Shown here: in pieces, positions 18,580 to 27,813 of the stretch
Layout: each line of letters starts with the position of its first letter
Position numbering within the stretch: position 1 is the stretch's first letter
Virus record (IMG/VR): IMGVR_UViG_3300010882_000010
DNA from: a virus
Lineage: Duplodnaviria > Heunggongvirae > Uroviricota > Caudoviricetes
Strand: one strand, 5' to 3'
DNA: 64,000 nucleotides
Translations under genes and position numbers: made by a program
Notes under the pieces: model-generated
Databases searched by the model: none
What the model was told of the DNA's origin: nothing
The model's input: the letters and a program-made list of their open reading frames with translations, nothing else

Positions 18580-20304
18580 ATGAAAGGAAGAAGTGTAAAG
18601 ATACAAAACTTTTTAAGGGGATCAACTAGAATTAATTCGATGCCATTAATTTTAGATTGGCAAGATCCTACTTTCTTGGGATTTGAGATTACTTTCTCAT
18701 TTAATGACCCAAGTACTTCAATATTAGCTGATTATGATAGTCTTGGTAATCCATTGTTGATGAGTCCAAATGAAGAATCAAGTGCAATAAGATATCTTGA
18801 TAATATCAATGAACCTGGAAGAGCAATGGCATTAGCAACTTTTAGAAATTTGTTGCATACTATTTCATCTAATGCACCATGGCATTTTCAATCTATTTCA
18901 GGTGTTGATAATCTTTTTAAAATTGATCCAGCGAAGAATACCAGAGTAACAGAAGAAGCCATAATTACAATTGATTGTCTTGAAGGTCTTGATATGAAAA
19001 TTAGTTCAATGATTGACTCTTACAGAAGAGCTTGTTGGGATCCGATTGGACATCGTTGGATGTTGCCTGAAAACATGCGATACTTTAAGTGTGAAATTAC
19101 AATTTACGATTTTAGAGAATTCCACCGGACAAAATTTTTAGAAACAAAGTGGGGAAAATGGGGAGATCCGGAAATGCACAATGCTTTTGAAGATTCTGTT
19201 CATGATGGGATTTTTGGTGTAAAACAAGAAGACGGTTCTAAAAAAAGACCTAGCGGACAAGAAGTCAAAGAAGCTGCAATACAAAAAGGAAAAGATTTAA
19301 TCGCAAATTTAGTTAACTTAATACTTTCAGATATTGAAACAACACCAGATGATAGTTGGAAACCTTGGATAAAGTTAGAATGTGACATGTGTGAGTGGGA
19401 TCTTTTAAATTGGGCACCACCGTTTGCAGACACTCTTGATAATAAGGGAGATTCTGAAATGGCAACACAACAATTAAAATTTAAAGTTGGTAAAGTACGA
19501 GAAGCAAGTAGATTTAGTGAACTTGGTATTAACTATGCTGATGTTGCAATGAGAGGTCTTTACTATCCTGATACAGAACCTATTGTAATGGCAGAAGCTG
19601 AAACAGAAGTAAAAACTATTCTACTTAACAAACTGAAAAAGAAAGCAGAAGGATTACTTCAAATGTTGTTTTTAGGAAATGCTTATCATTTTTCTTTAAT
19701 GAACTTAGAATCTACCGCCATAAATGCTGCCAGGGCAGCTTACAGAGCAATAGATAGTGCAGCACATGGAAGAAAGAAAATTGGAACTAATGCAGAATTG
19801 AAAGAACCACATGTTAAGAAAGATTTTAGTTCTGAAAACATGGAGTTACAAGAAACTGTTCCACATAATTATGGAGGAGCACCACTCGATGGGAGACCAA
19901 ATCCTTATGAAGCAAAATTAGAAGGTAAAAGAGACAGAATTCGTTCTAATATTGAGTTTTACCAATTAACACCACATCAAACTACTATTCAAGATGATGC
20001 AGGATTTGAATCTCCTAGAACACCTAATACTAATTTAGGAAACGCCGGATTTGATGATTGGGAACACAAACCTCCTATAGGAGATAATATTGGCTACAAC
20101 CAATTGGAAACTCCGCATAAAAATTGGGAGGATTGGGATTTTTCGGGAGAACCTAGCAAACCTCAAATGGATCAAAATATTGGACTGTCCGTAAATGAAA
20201 GTAATGTTCAAATGGAAGGTGTTGCAGAATTAAAAGAACCTTACGTTTCTACATCTATTGCAAACAAAGTAGAATTTTCAGGACCTCCGTCCTCATCAAT
20301 GTAA
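18580..20304 (+). CDS. Virion structural protein with repetitive C-terminal tail
   Basis: Lies in the baseplate operon; imperfect ~16-aa repeats at the C-terminus. Confidence 0.5.
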   Translation: MKGRSVKIQNFLRGSTRINSMPLILDWQDPTFLGFEITFSFNDPSTSILADYDSLGNPLLMSPNEESSAIRYLDNINEPGRAMALATFRNLLHTISSNAPWHFQSISGVDNLFKIDPAKNTRVTEEAIITIDCLEGLDMKISSMIDSYRRACWDPIGHRWMLPENMRYFKCEITIYDFREFHRTKFLETKWGKWGDPEMHNAFEDSVHDGIFGVKQEDGSKKRPSGQEVKEAAIQKGKDLIANLVNLILSDIETTPDDSWKPWIKLECDMCEWDLLNWAPPFADTLDNKGDSEMATQQLKFKVGKVREASRFSELGINYADVAMRGLYYPDTEPIVMAEAETEVKTILLNKLKKKAEGLLQMLFLGNAYHFSLMNLESTAINAARAAYRAIDSAAHGRKKIGTNAELKEPHVKKDFSSENMELQETVPHNYGGAPLDGRPNPYEAKLEGKRDRIRSNIEFYQLTPHQTTIQDDAGFESPRTPNTNLGNAGFDDWEHKPPIGDNIGYNQLETPHKNWEDWDFSGEPSKPQMDQNIGLSVNESNVQMEGVAELKEPYVSTSIANKVEFSGPPSSSM

Positions 20305-20316
20305 AACTAAAACAAC

Positions 20317-21273
20317 ATGACAAAACTCAGTATTTTTACACCAGCTCATATTACCAACGATTTTTTTAAATGGTGCATACTTTCTGTAACTAATCAATCT
20401 TATCGAAATTGGGAATGGATAATTTTAGACAATTCACCAAATTATGGAATTGAAAATTTTCTTCGTAATGTTCTTTGGGAAAACTTTACACCTCTTGAAA
20501 TAATTGAATTGAACAAGAAAATCAAGGTTTACAAAGATGTAACAGGTTCTAAAAATATTGGACAACTCAAAGATATTGCAGCAAGATTATGCACCGGTGA
20601 GCTTTTAATAGAACAAGACTGTGATGATGTGATGATGTCATTTGCTTTAGCAAGTTTTGCACAGGCAACTAAGCATATTGAACGCGCACAATTTTTCTTT
20701 TCTGATTACATCCCGGTTAAAGTTTTTTACAACGAAAAAGATGAAATGGGATTTTTGAACATGAACAATGGACATCTTCATCTTGATAATTGTACTGTAG
20801 AATTTCACAAATTGTATGGTAAAAATCTAAATCTTAATGTTAATGTCTTTGGTTCTCAAGCTATTACAAAGGATTTCATTCTTACTAATCAGATAGTTCC
20901 ATGTAATTTAAGAGCATGGAGAAGAGAATTTTTTAATCAGATTGGAGGATTTAATCCAGAAGTTAAATTATGGGAAGACTATGATATTGTTTTAAGAAGT
21001 TATCTTGAAATCTTCAAAAATCCGGAAAACATCAGCAATAGTAGAATTTGCAGAATTTCACATCCTTGTTATCTTTACTTTCTTCATGATAAAAATTCAA
21101 CAAATGAAGAAGTTAGTAACAAATTAAGAAGTGAAATTGTAGAGTCATTCAGACCTCAAATTGAAAATCTTTTTGAAAGAATCAAAGAAGAAATTGGAAT
21201 AGAAACTTTACCAATTCACAGGTTCATACCAACTCATCCACCAGAAGCCAAAAATTTTACTTTATTATCATGA
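20317..21273 (+). CDS. Glycosyltransferase family 2
   Basis: SIFTP, SVTNQSYRNWEWIILDNS, DCDD (DxD) and GGFNPE...EDYD motifs. Confidence 0.85.
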   Translation: MTKLSIFTPAHITNDFFKWCILSVTNQSYRNWEWIILDNSPNYGIENFLRNVLWENFTPLEIIELNKKIKVYKDVTGSKNIGQLKDIAARLCTGELLIEQDCDDVMMSFALASFAQATKHIERAQFFFSDYIPVKVFYNEKDEMGFLNMNNGHLHLDNCTVEFHKLYGKNLNLNVNVFGSQAITKDFILTNQIVPCNLRAWRREFFNQIGGFNPEVKLWEDYDIVLRSYLEIFKNPENISNSRICRISHPCYLYFLHDKNSTNEEVSNKLRSEIVESFRPQIENLFERIKEEIGIETLPIHRFIPTHPPEAKNFTLLS

Positions 21274-22244
21274 AAGTTACAGAGAAAAATCAATTAACAA
21301 GTAAAGATATTGCAGTAAAAGATTGGACAGGCGAAGTTGTAGTTAATGATGATCCATTAAAACTTTACCGATGTCGAATTAAAGTTTACGGGCTTTTTGA
21401 TGATTTAGAAGATGATAAGATACCATGGGCTCATCCAGCTGATAAATCAATTTTTGCGGGTGGAGAAACCAAAGGTTTTGGTTGCGGATCGGTTCCAAGA
21501 ATAGGAACAAAAGTAAAAGTAAGATTTGACAGTGGTAATATCTACTCACCAGAATATTATGCAATTCAAAATGTGAATGAAGCGCTTTTAGATACTTTAG
21601 GAGATGATTACATGGATTCTCAGACTATTGTTTTTGATGAAGATGCACAACTTAAAGTTTACTACACAACTAATGATGGAGAAGATGAAGGAGGATTGCA
21701 TATCATATTGAAAGACAGTCATGTGAAGATAGACAATAAAAACAACATCTACATCGACAATAATCAAAGTAAGTGTAGAATTGTAATGAAAGCAAATGGA
21801 GAAATGACTATTGATACTGAAAGCCATATTGATGTTACTTCAAGACAAGGCAATATTACAGTAGTTGCAGAACAAGGAGATATGAAAGCAGAAGCAAAAC
21901 AAGGTAAGATAGATGTAGTTGCTATGAAGGATATCTCTGTTGAGTCAAAAACTGGGAATATTGATGTAGTTGCTACTCTTGGTGATGTTTCAATTGATGC
22001 AAAAGTTGGTAAAGTAGATGTAACAGCAACACAACAAATTACTTTAGATAGTAAAATTGGTGTAAAAGTAACATCATTAGGTCCAATAGTTTTAGATAGT
22101 ACATCAAGTTTGCAAGTTTCTGGTTTGGGTGTAACACCTGGAATTGGACCATTTTGTGCTATTCCTGTTTGTCCTATTACAGGTATGCCACATCAAGGTT
22201 CAATAGCAGGAGGACCACTTGCAATGCCATCATTATTACCATAA
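21270..22244 (+). CDS. Baseplate central spike, gp5/VgrG-like (OB fold + beta-helix)
   Basis: GEVVVNDDP...RCRIKVYG, IPWA and VPRIGTKVKVRF motifs; ~9-residue beta-helix repeats; tip motif CxxxxCPxTGxPH. Confidence 0.85.
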   Translation: MKVTEKNQLTSKDIAVKDWTGEVVVNDDPLKLYRCRIKVYGLFDDLEDDKIPWAHPADKSIFAGGETKGFGCGSVPRIGTKVKVRFDSGNIYSPEYYAIQNVNEALLDTLGDDYMDSQTIVFDEDAQLKVYYTTNDGEDEGGLHIILKDSHVKIDNKNNIYIDNNQSKCRIVMKANGEMTIDTESHIDVTSRQGNITVVAEQGDMKAEAKQGKIDVVAMKDISVESKTGNIDVVATLGDVSIDAKVGKVDVTATQQITLDSKIGVKVTSLGPIVLDSTSSLQVSGLGVTPGIGPFCAIPVCPITGMPHQGSIAGGPLAMPSLLP

Positions 22245-22256
22245 TCTTAAACTACT

Positions 22257-22979
22257 ATGGCTCTTAATTCTACAGCACTTTGCAATTTAATTCTGACAAA
22301 AAAAGATCAGATTACTAATTCTAAAAAAGGTTGGAATCCTCCATGTGAATATCCGCCTCCTAAGGAGATGAGAGATGAGTATCTTGATTATGAAGAAAAT
22401 GTTAAGATGTACTATGTTGGTATTATTAGAACCTACGTTTTAGCCAATACTCAAATTTTCTACAATTACACAGGAAATCTAACTATCTATCCGTTCTCTT
22501 CTGATCCTATGATGGCAACTCCCGTACAAGCTACTAATCCATTACTTTCTTTTCTCTACACACCATATGATAAACCAACTACACTTTTGAATTTGCGTTT
22601 GTTTTTTAAAGAGACACAAGAAAGAGGAGAAAAAGGTTTACCTCCACCATTAAATCCGGTTGAAGAGTTAACCAATGCAATTTTTAGAGATATGGTAGGA
22701 ATGCCGCCATTAATACCAATACCAACCAATATTGTGCAAATTATGCCTCCATTTATTGGACCTCCAGCAATACCAACCTATTCTAGGATTCCAATTTTGA
22801 AACCTCAAGCAGATGCAGCAATTGCTTTAGACACAGCAAAACAATCAGCACCAAGAGAATTATGGCAATTGATTTGTGATTCTATTATTAATGGATACAC
22901 TACTATGCAAACTCCACCTGTTGTTACAACTACATCATCTCCAGGAGCAGGTGCAAGTGCTTTTACTAAGATTTTTTAG
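22257..22979 (+). CDS. Proline-rich hypothetical (probably virion) protein
   Basis: 240 aa, follows the spike gene. Confidence 0.6.
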   Translation: MALNSTALCNLILTKKDQITNSKKGWNPPCEYPPPKEMRDEYLDYEENVKMYYVGIIRTYVLANTQIFYNYTGNLTIYPFSSDPMMATPVQATNPLLSFLYTPYDKPTTLLNLRLFFKETQERGEKGLPPPLNPVEELTNAIFRDMVGMPPLIPIPTNIVQIMPPFIGPPAIPTYSRIPILKPQADAAIALDTAKQSAPRELWQLICDSIINGYTTMQTPPVVTTTSSPGAGASAFTKIF

Positions 22980-22988
22980 TCCGAATGC

Positions 22989-23017
22989 AAAACTTTTGCG
23001 ATTATCGGAATAATAAT
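22989..23017 (+). promoter_or_regulatory. Early/middle-type promoter AAAACTTTT-N13-TAATAAT
   Basis: Exact motif upstream of the S1-like gene. Confidence 0.7.
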
Positions 23018-23058
23018 AATAACTAATTAATACTACGTTTTACTTAACACACTACAAG

Positions 23059-24249
23059 ATGAAAAAAAATCTTAATGGGCTCCAGGTGAACAAAAAAGTT
23101 TTGTTATCTGATCCCACAGACAAAGTTTTCTGTCAAGAAGATTATGCACAGGAACTTTACGACAAAATGTTCAATCATTCTAAATTGAACAACAGTCTTC
23201 CAAGAGGAGGCAAAGACCTAGAAAAAGGTCAATTTTTACCAATTACAGACATCTCATCTGTTTCAGAAAATGAAATTTGGTTTGAGGTAAACAACATGAC
23301 GGCAATTCCGGTTAACATCAACAAGGAAAAGCGATTTTTTGAGTATTTTGGATACACAAAAGATTCTTTCATTGATTGGGTACGTTTACCACAAGGACGT
23401 AAAGAGTTTTTAAAAGAGGAACATCTAGTTTACATCGAAAAAGCACAACCAAGTCCAAGTGGATCTTTATTTGAAGGATTGCAAAATATTGTTAAAACAG
23501 AGTTCTTTGATCAGATTAAAAATCCAACAAAAGCTTACTATGCAAAAGTTAACAGTAAGAATCAAGGTGGATTTTTCATTGAAGTACAAGGTATTCAAGC
23601 ATTTTTACCAGGTGGATTAGCAGCAGCTAACAAAATTGTGAATTTTGATTCTTACATCGGTAAAACTATTCCTGTAATGGTAGAAGATTATCTAGCAGAT
23701 ATTAACACTTTCATTTTCTCTAACAAGAAGTACATCCAACATGTACTACCAAAATTGGTGGCGGAACTTGATGTTACTAAAAAATTGCAAGGTTTTGTTA
23801 CCGGTACAAACAAACATGGTGTTTTCATTGAATTCGATGAAACGTTTACAGGTCTTTTGCATACCAGCAAAATGACACCAGGAACTAAAAAGTATTTTGA
23901 TGAACGCAGATTTCAACCGGGTGATGAAATGGAAGTTTGGGTAATTGAAATTAACAGAAGTAATCAATTAGTACTTTCTGAGTACGAAAGAGGTGCTGAA
24001 GAAAACTATGAAAAAAGTTTACTCGAACAAGGTGTTGTTTATCCATGTGAACTTACAGCAATCCGAGATTTTGGTATTTTTGTTAAACTAACAGGAAATG
24101 ATAAAGAAGGTAATCCAAGAAAAGAGATTGGTTTGATACCATCTAAATCTGACAACAATTATCTTTTCAATGTTGGAGACACTACAAAGAAAGTTAGGTT
24201 AAAAAACACAAGAGAAGGTAAACACTATTTTGAGTTTGCTACAAACTAA
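23059..24249 (+). CDS. Ribosomal protein S1-like multi-S1-domain protein
   Basis: Three S1/OB repeats: GGFFIEVQGIQAFLPG, HGVFIEFDETFTGLLHTS and DFGIFVKL. Confidence 0.85.
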   Translation: MKKNLNGLQVNKKVLLSDPTDKVFCQEDYAQELYDKMFNHSKLNNSLPRGGKDLEKGQFLPITDISSVSENEIWFEVNNMTAIPVNINKEKRFFEYFGYTKDSFIDWVRLPQGRKEFLKEEHLVYIEKAQPSPSGSLFEGLQNIVKTEFFDQIKNPTKAYYAKVNSKNQGGFFIEVQGIQAFLPGGLAAANKIVNFDSYIGKTIPVMVEDYLADINTFIFSNKKYIQHVLPKLVAELDVTKKLQGFVTGTNKHGVFIEFDETFTGLLHTSKMTPGTKKYFDERRFQPGDEMEVWVIEINRSNQLVLSEYERGAEENYEKSLLEQGVVYPCELTAIRDFGIFVKLTGNDKEGNPRKEIGLIPSKSDNNYLFNVGDTTKKVRLKNTREGKHYFEFATN

Positions 24250-24263
24250 AAACTAAAAATTTG

Positions 24264-24296
24264 GGGCGATTATCTCAAAAATAGTCGCCCATTTTT
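24264..24296 (+). terminator. Intrinsic terminator
   Basis: Stem GGGCGATTAT/ATAGTCGCCC followed by ATTTTT. Confidence 0.8.
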
Positions 24297-24299
24297 ATT

Positions 24300-25145
24300 A
24301 TGGCACAATTTGACAGAATAATCATGAATCCACCATATGGCGAGTTTCATTTTCCAATTTTTAAATCATCGGTTCAAAATTTTATCAAATCAACAGGAAT
24401 AGTAACAAGTCTACAACCGATGACATGGGTTCTTCATTCTTGGCGAGATGATGTTGATTTTGGATACAAAGAATTCATCTCCGAAATTGAAGATTATTGT
24501 TTCATTGAACAAGTACTTGATAATGGAGACGATACAACTTTTAAAGATGTTAACCTCTTTATCAATTTAGGAATTTTCAAAGTTTCGCACACTATTAAAA
24601 ATCCTAATATCAGAGATATAGTTACAACATCACATGGCATTCAATTCAAAAGATTTTTACCATTTTTGAAATCTTCTGGTGTTGATAATATCCGAGTAGA
24701 AAAGTTTGATAATCAACAATTTTGTGTACCATTAAAAACTATGCTCGGTGGTAATGGTAGAGGAATTGAAAGTCATTGTAAAGTAATTGTAAGAGTAAAT
24801 TATGGAACAATAATTAATGGAATTTGTTCAACAACAGGAAAGTCTTTAAAAGATTCTAAAACTTCATGTTCAGGTAAGATAGAGGATTGGCCAGTAGTAG
24901 TTTTTGATACAGAACAAGAACTCAAAAATTTCTACAATTTTTGTCATCTTTTGAGTTTTAGATTTTTTGTTCTTTTAGGACAAATCAAAGCACAAATCAT
25001 GTTAAAATACTTACCATTTCCATCAGACTACACAAAAGAATGGACAGAAGACAGTTACTTAAAATGGCTAGGAATTTTACATGAGAAAGAATGGATTTTA
25101 AATGTCATGAAACAAGCAATGAATGGAAAGTGGTTAAATTGTTAA
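24300..25145 (+). CDS. DNA adenine methyltransferase C-terminal part (NPPY + TRD), lacks motif I
   Basis: FDRIIMNPPY lies within the first 13 residues; no upstream SAM-binding FxGxG motif. Confidence 0.6.
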   Translation: MAQFDRIIMNPPYGEFHFPIFKSSVQNFIKSTGIVTSLQPMTWVLHSWRDDVDFGYKEFISEIEDYCFIEQVLDNGDDTTFKDVNLFINLGIFKVSHTIKNPNIRDIVTTSHGIQFKRFLPFLKSSGVDNIRVEKFDNQQFCVPLKTMLGGNGRGIESHCKVIVRVNYGTIINGICSTTGKSLKDSKTSCSGKIEDWPVVVFDTEQELKNFYNFCHLLSFRFFVLLGQIKAQIMLKYLPFPSDYTKEWTEDSYLKWLGILHEKEWILNVMKQAMNGKWLNC

Positions 25146-25189
25146 TCACTTTTTTCTTTTTAAACAGTACTAAAGTAGTAAAATAATCT

Positions 25190-25205
25190 GGAATAAATAG
25201 TGAAA
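25190..25205 (+). promoter_or_regulatory. Late-type promoter GGAATAAATAGTGAAA
   Basis: Motif copy heading the amidoligase operon. Confidence 0.7.
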
Positions 25206-25227
25206 GCTAGCAATAAGATTCATTAAT

Positions 25228-26655
25228 ATGGCACAAAAACAGTACACAAGAGAAGAGATTTTACAAGGTAGTAAAATTGGAATAGAGTTTGAATTTTTAA
25301 CAAACATGGATCCGGTTGATACAGCAAGAAGTCTTTCAGATGCAATTGAAAAACGTGTGCTTGTTCCTCTAAATGTTGATGAATTCACAAAGTCAGAAGG
25401 AAAATTAAAGTATCATACACCAATTGATTTGGTTGGTATGCCATGGATGTGCAAACTTGAATCTGATTATTCTTGTGGAAAGAAAGGTAATGAACTTATC
25501 ACAGCGCCTCTTCCATATCAAGATGCTAGAAACACAATACTTAGAGTTTGCAAATGGATTAAGCAACATGGTTGGACTACAGATAGATGCTCTATGCACT
25601 TAAACATCTCATTTGATGATAATTACGTTAAAACTAAAACAGAAATTAGGCATATCAATGTTTTAAAATTTTGTCTTGATTTTGATGAAAACAAAGTGTA
25701 TGCCGAATTTCCTAATAGAAAAGATTCTATCTATGCTAATTCCATTAAAAAGTTGATTACCAATAATATCTTTAATACTACGATTACTACTAATAGTCAG
25801 TTAATTACACCAAATGAAAAGTATTATGGTGTTAATTTTACCAAAGCTTTCAAAGATTACTTAGAGTTTCGTTATTTAGGATGTAAAGACTATGAAAACA
25901 AAGTAACTACTATTATTGATATGATGGATTATTTTATTGAGTTTACTTTCAACATCTTGCAAAATCCAGAAGTTACTGAAAAAGAAAACAAGGAATTACA
26001 GGTTACTTTAGAAAACTACAAAAAAGTTTTGGAAGTTTATCGAAATCCTATGCTATTAAAGTCTAATTTTCCAAAATTGCAAATTATGGTAGATACTCAA
26101 GAAGATAGTAAAATTATTAAAACTTTTTGGGGTACTATTAAAGATAAAGTTCTTGAAGCACTATTAAAGTGTAATATCCATGAAGGAATTATCAACTATG
26201 ATAGTGATATTTCAGAATTACAACTAAAAGATTGTGTTTTAAAATTTGGTACAATTGAAGATGTTACTTTAATTGGTTGTAGTGGAAACGGGTTTGTTAA
26301 AAATTGCAAAATTTTTGATTGTAATTTTGAGGATGTTAACTTTACCGATTGTTGGTTTTTCACAGGTTCTAAAGTAAAAGACAGTCAATTAAAAAATTGC
26401 ATAGTAAAACCTAGTAATGAGTTTAATAATTGCTACATTCAAAATGAAAAACAATTTCTCTTTGCTGGAATAATGAATGGTGGGGTTTTTAGAAAAGGAC
26501 CTATTTCAAAAGATGCCGAAATTTCATCAAGTACTGATATTATTGAACACAAAGTTGTAACAGCAAATCCAAACGTGAAAAAGTTTGGGATTTACGTTAG
26601 CCCTGACAAAGGAACTTTTCAAAACAAAAAACTTTTCGTAACAAAAGGAAAATAG
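25228..26655 (+). CDS. Putative amidoligase (COOH-NH2 ligase) with C-terminal beta-helix repeats
   Basis: IGIEFEF, ESDYS, ELIT, CSMHLNIS, KYYGVN and LEFRYLG motifs; Cys/Asn pentapeptide-like C-terminus. Confidence 0.8.
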   Translation: MAQKQYTREEILQGSKIGIEFEFLTNMDPVDTARSLSDAIEKRVLVPLNVDEFTKSEGKLKYHTPIDLVGMPWMCKLESDYSCGKKGNELITAPLPYQDARNTILRVCKWIKQHGWTTDRCSMHLNISFDDNYVKTKTEIRHINVLKFCLDFDENKVYAEFPNRKDSIYANSIKKLITNNIFNTTITTNSQLITPNEKYYGVNFTKAFKDYLEFRYLGCKDYENKVTTIIDMMDYFIEFTFNILQNPEVTEKENKELQVTLENYKKVLEVYRNPMLLKSNFPKLQIMVDTQEDSKIIKTFWGTIKDKVLEALLKCNIHEGIINYDSDISELQLKDCVLKFGTIEDVTLIGCSGNGFVKNCKIFDCNFEDVNFTDCWFFTGSKVKDSQLKNCIVKPSNEFNNCYIQNEKQFLFAGIMNGGVFRKGPISKDAEISSSTDIIEHKVVTANPNVKKFGIYVSPDKGTFQNKKLFVTKGK

Positions 26656-26656
26656 T

Positions 26657-27805
26657 ATGGAAATTAGAGGATTTAAATCATATGACCAATTTCTCTTAGA
26701 GAAAGATAGTTCAAAAATAATACCAAAAGAAAGTACTGAATTTGATAAGAAAGTTGGTTTTATCAAACTTTCTCATGATATGAGTGCACTTGATGGAGGT
26801 ACTACAGGGAGACAGCTTTGGATGAATCAAGCAGCTTTAAACAAACTTTATCTAACCTATTCTACTCTTGAAGATTTAGATAAAGATATCAAAGTTCCTA
26901 CTGATATTCCTATGCTTAATTATGGCGGACACAGTAAACAAGAAACTAAAGATTTTATCAAAAAACACAAAATACCAACAGAAAATCTTTACAATAAGGG
27001 AGAGTTTACTAAGCTTTCAGGTTCTAAAGTAGAATTCGCAAAAATTTTCAAAGGAAAAGATTGGTTGCCTAAAACTGTTTTTAATAGAGATGAAGCAATT
27101 AATGGACAAGTTGGATTTCCTGTTATTGCAAAAATCGAAGATGGACATAGTGGATTGGGAATTAAAAAATTTGATACTAAAGAAGATTTAGAAAAAGAAC
27201 CTAAAACGTTTACACTTAGAGGTGATGAAAGAACTTTTGATCTTTACTCACAATTCATCAACTTTGATCGCGAATATCGTTGTATTTTCATAGATGGCAA
27301 GTGTGTAATTGTTAATGAAAGAGTTGATAACATAAAAGAAGACAAATCCATACGAACTAAAAAACTAAATCAAAAATTGAAGTTCATCTATGTTGAACAA
27401 GATTTTGATAAAATACCAAAAGAATGGTTAGAAAAAGTCAACAAAATTGCAAAAGAAATTTCTAAAGAAATTCCACTTGAAGCTTGGTCGCTTGATATTA
27501 TTGTAGACAAAGAAGGTAAGATTTGGGTTTGTGAAATCAATTCAGCAACAGGATTAGGAAGTGGAAAGCTTTGTAAGTACTACATGACTATTTACGAAAA
27601 TTTCTACAAAAAACAATTACCACAAGAATTTAAGGATGAGTTGTTTACGAATTTCATATCACAAGGATACATCCAATTTTGGCCAGAGAAAAAGAAAGAA
27701 ATTGAATCAAGTCCTTGGGCTATTGATTATGCAAAAATAGCAAAAGATTATCCAGAAATACCAGATCAATGGTACAAAGACAGATTAGAAGGAAGCAAAA
27801 ATTAA
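26657..27805 (+). CDS. ATP-grasp ligase (RimK-like) with capsid-targeting-like N-terminus
   Basis: FPVIAK..GHSGLGI, QFI...EYR and LDII......VCEINS motifs. N-terminus is MEIRGFKSYDQFLLE. Confidence 0.8.
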   Translation: MEIRGFKSYDQFLLEKDSSKIIPKESTEFDKKVGFIKLSHDMSALDGGTTGRQLWMNQAALNKLYLTYSTLEDLDKDIKVPTDIPMLNYGGHSKQETKDFIKKHKIPTENLYNKGEFTKLSGSKVEFAKIFKGKDWLPKTVFNRDEAINGQVGFPVIAKIEDGHSGLGIKKFDTKEDLEKEPKTFTLRGDERTFDLYSQFINFDREYRCIFIDGKCVIVNERVDNIKEDKSIRTKKLNQKLKFIYVEQDFDKIPKEWLEKVNKIAKEISKEIPLEAWSLDIIVDKEGKIWVCEINSATGLGSGKLCKYYMTIYENFYKKQLPQEFKDELFTNFISQGYIQFWPEKKKEIESSPWAIDYAKIAKDYPEIPDQWYKDRLEGSKN

Positions 27806-27813
27806 AACAAAAC

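Noticed and set aside
14318-22244. Bacterial T6SS or extracellular contractile injection system
   Set aside because: The neck protein, T4-like late promoters, RuvC, Hsp20 and dense phage-type accessory genes indicate a phage. No T6SS membrane complex or host housekeeping context is present.
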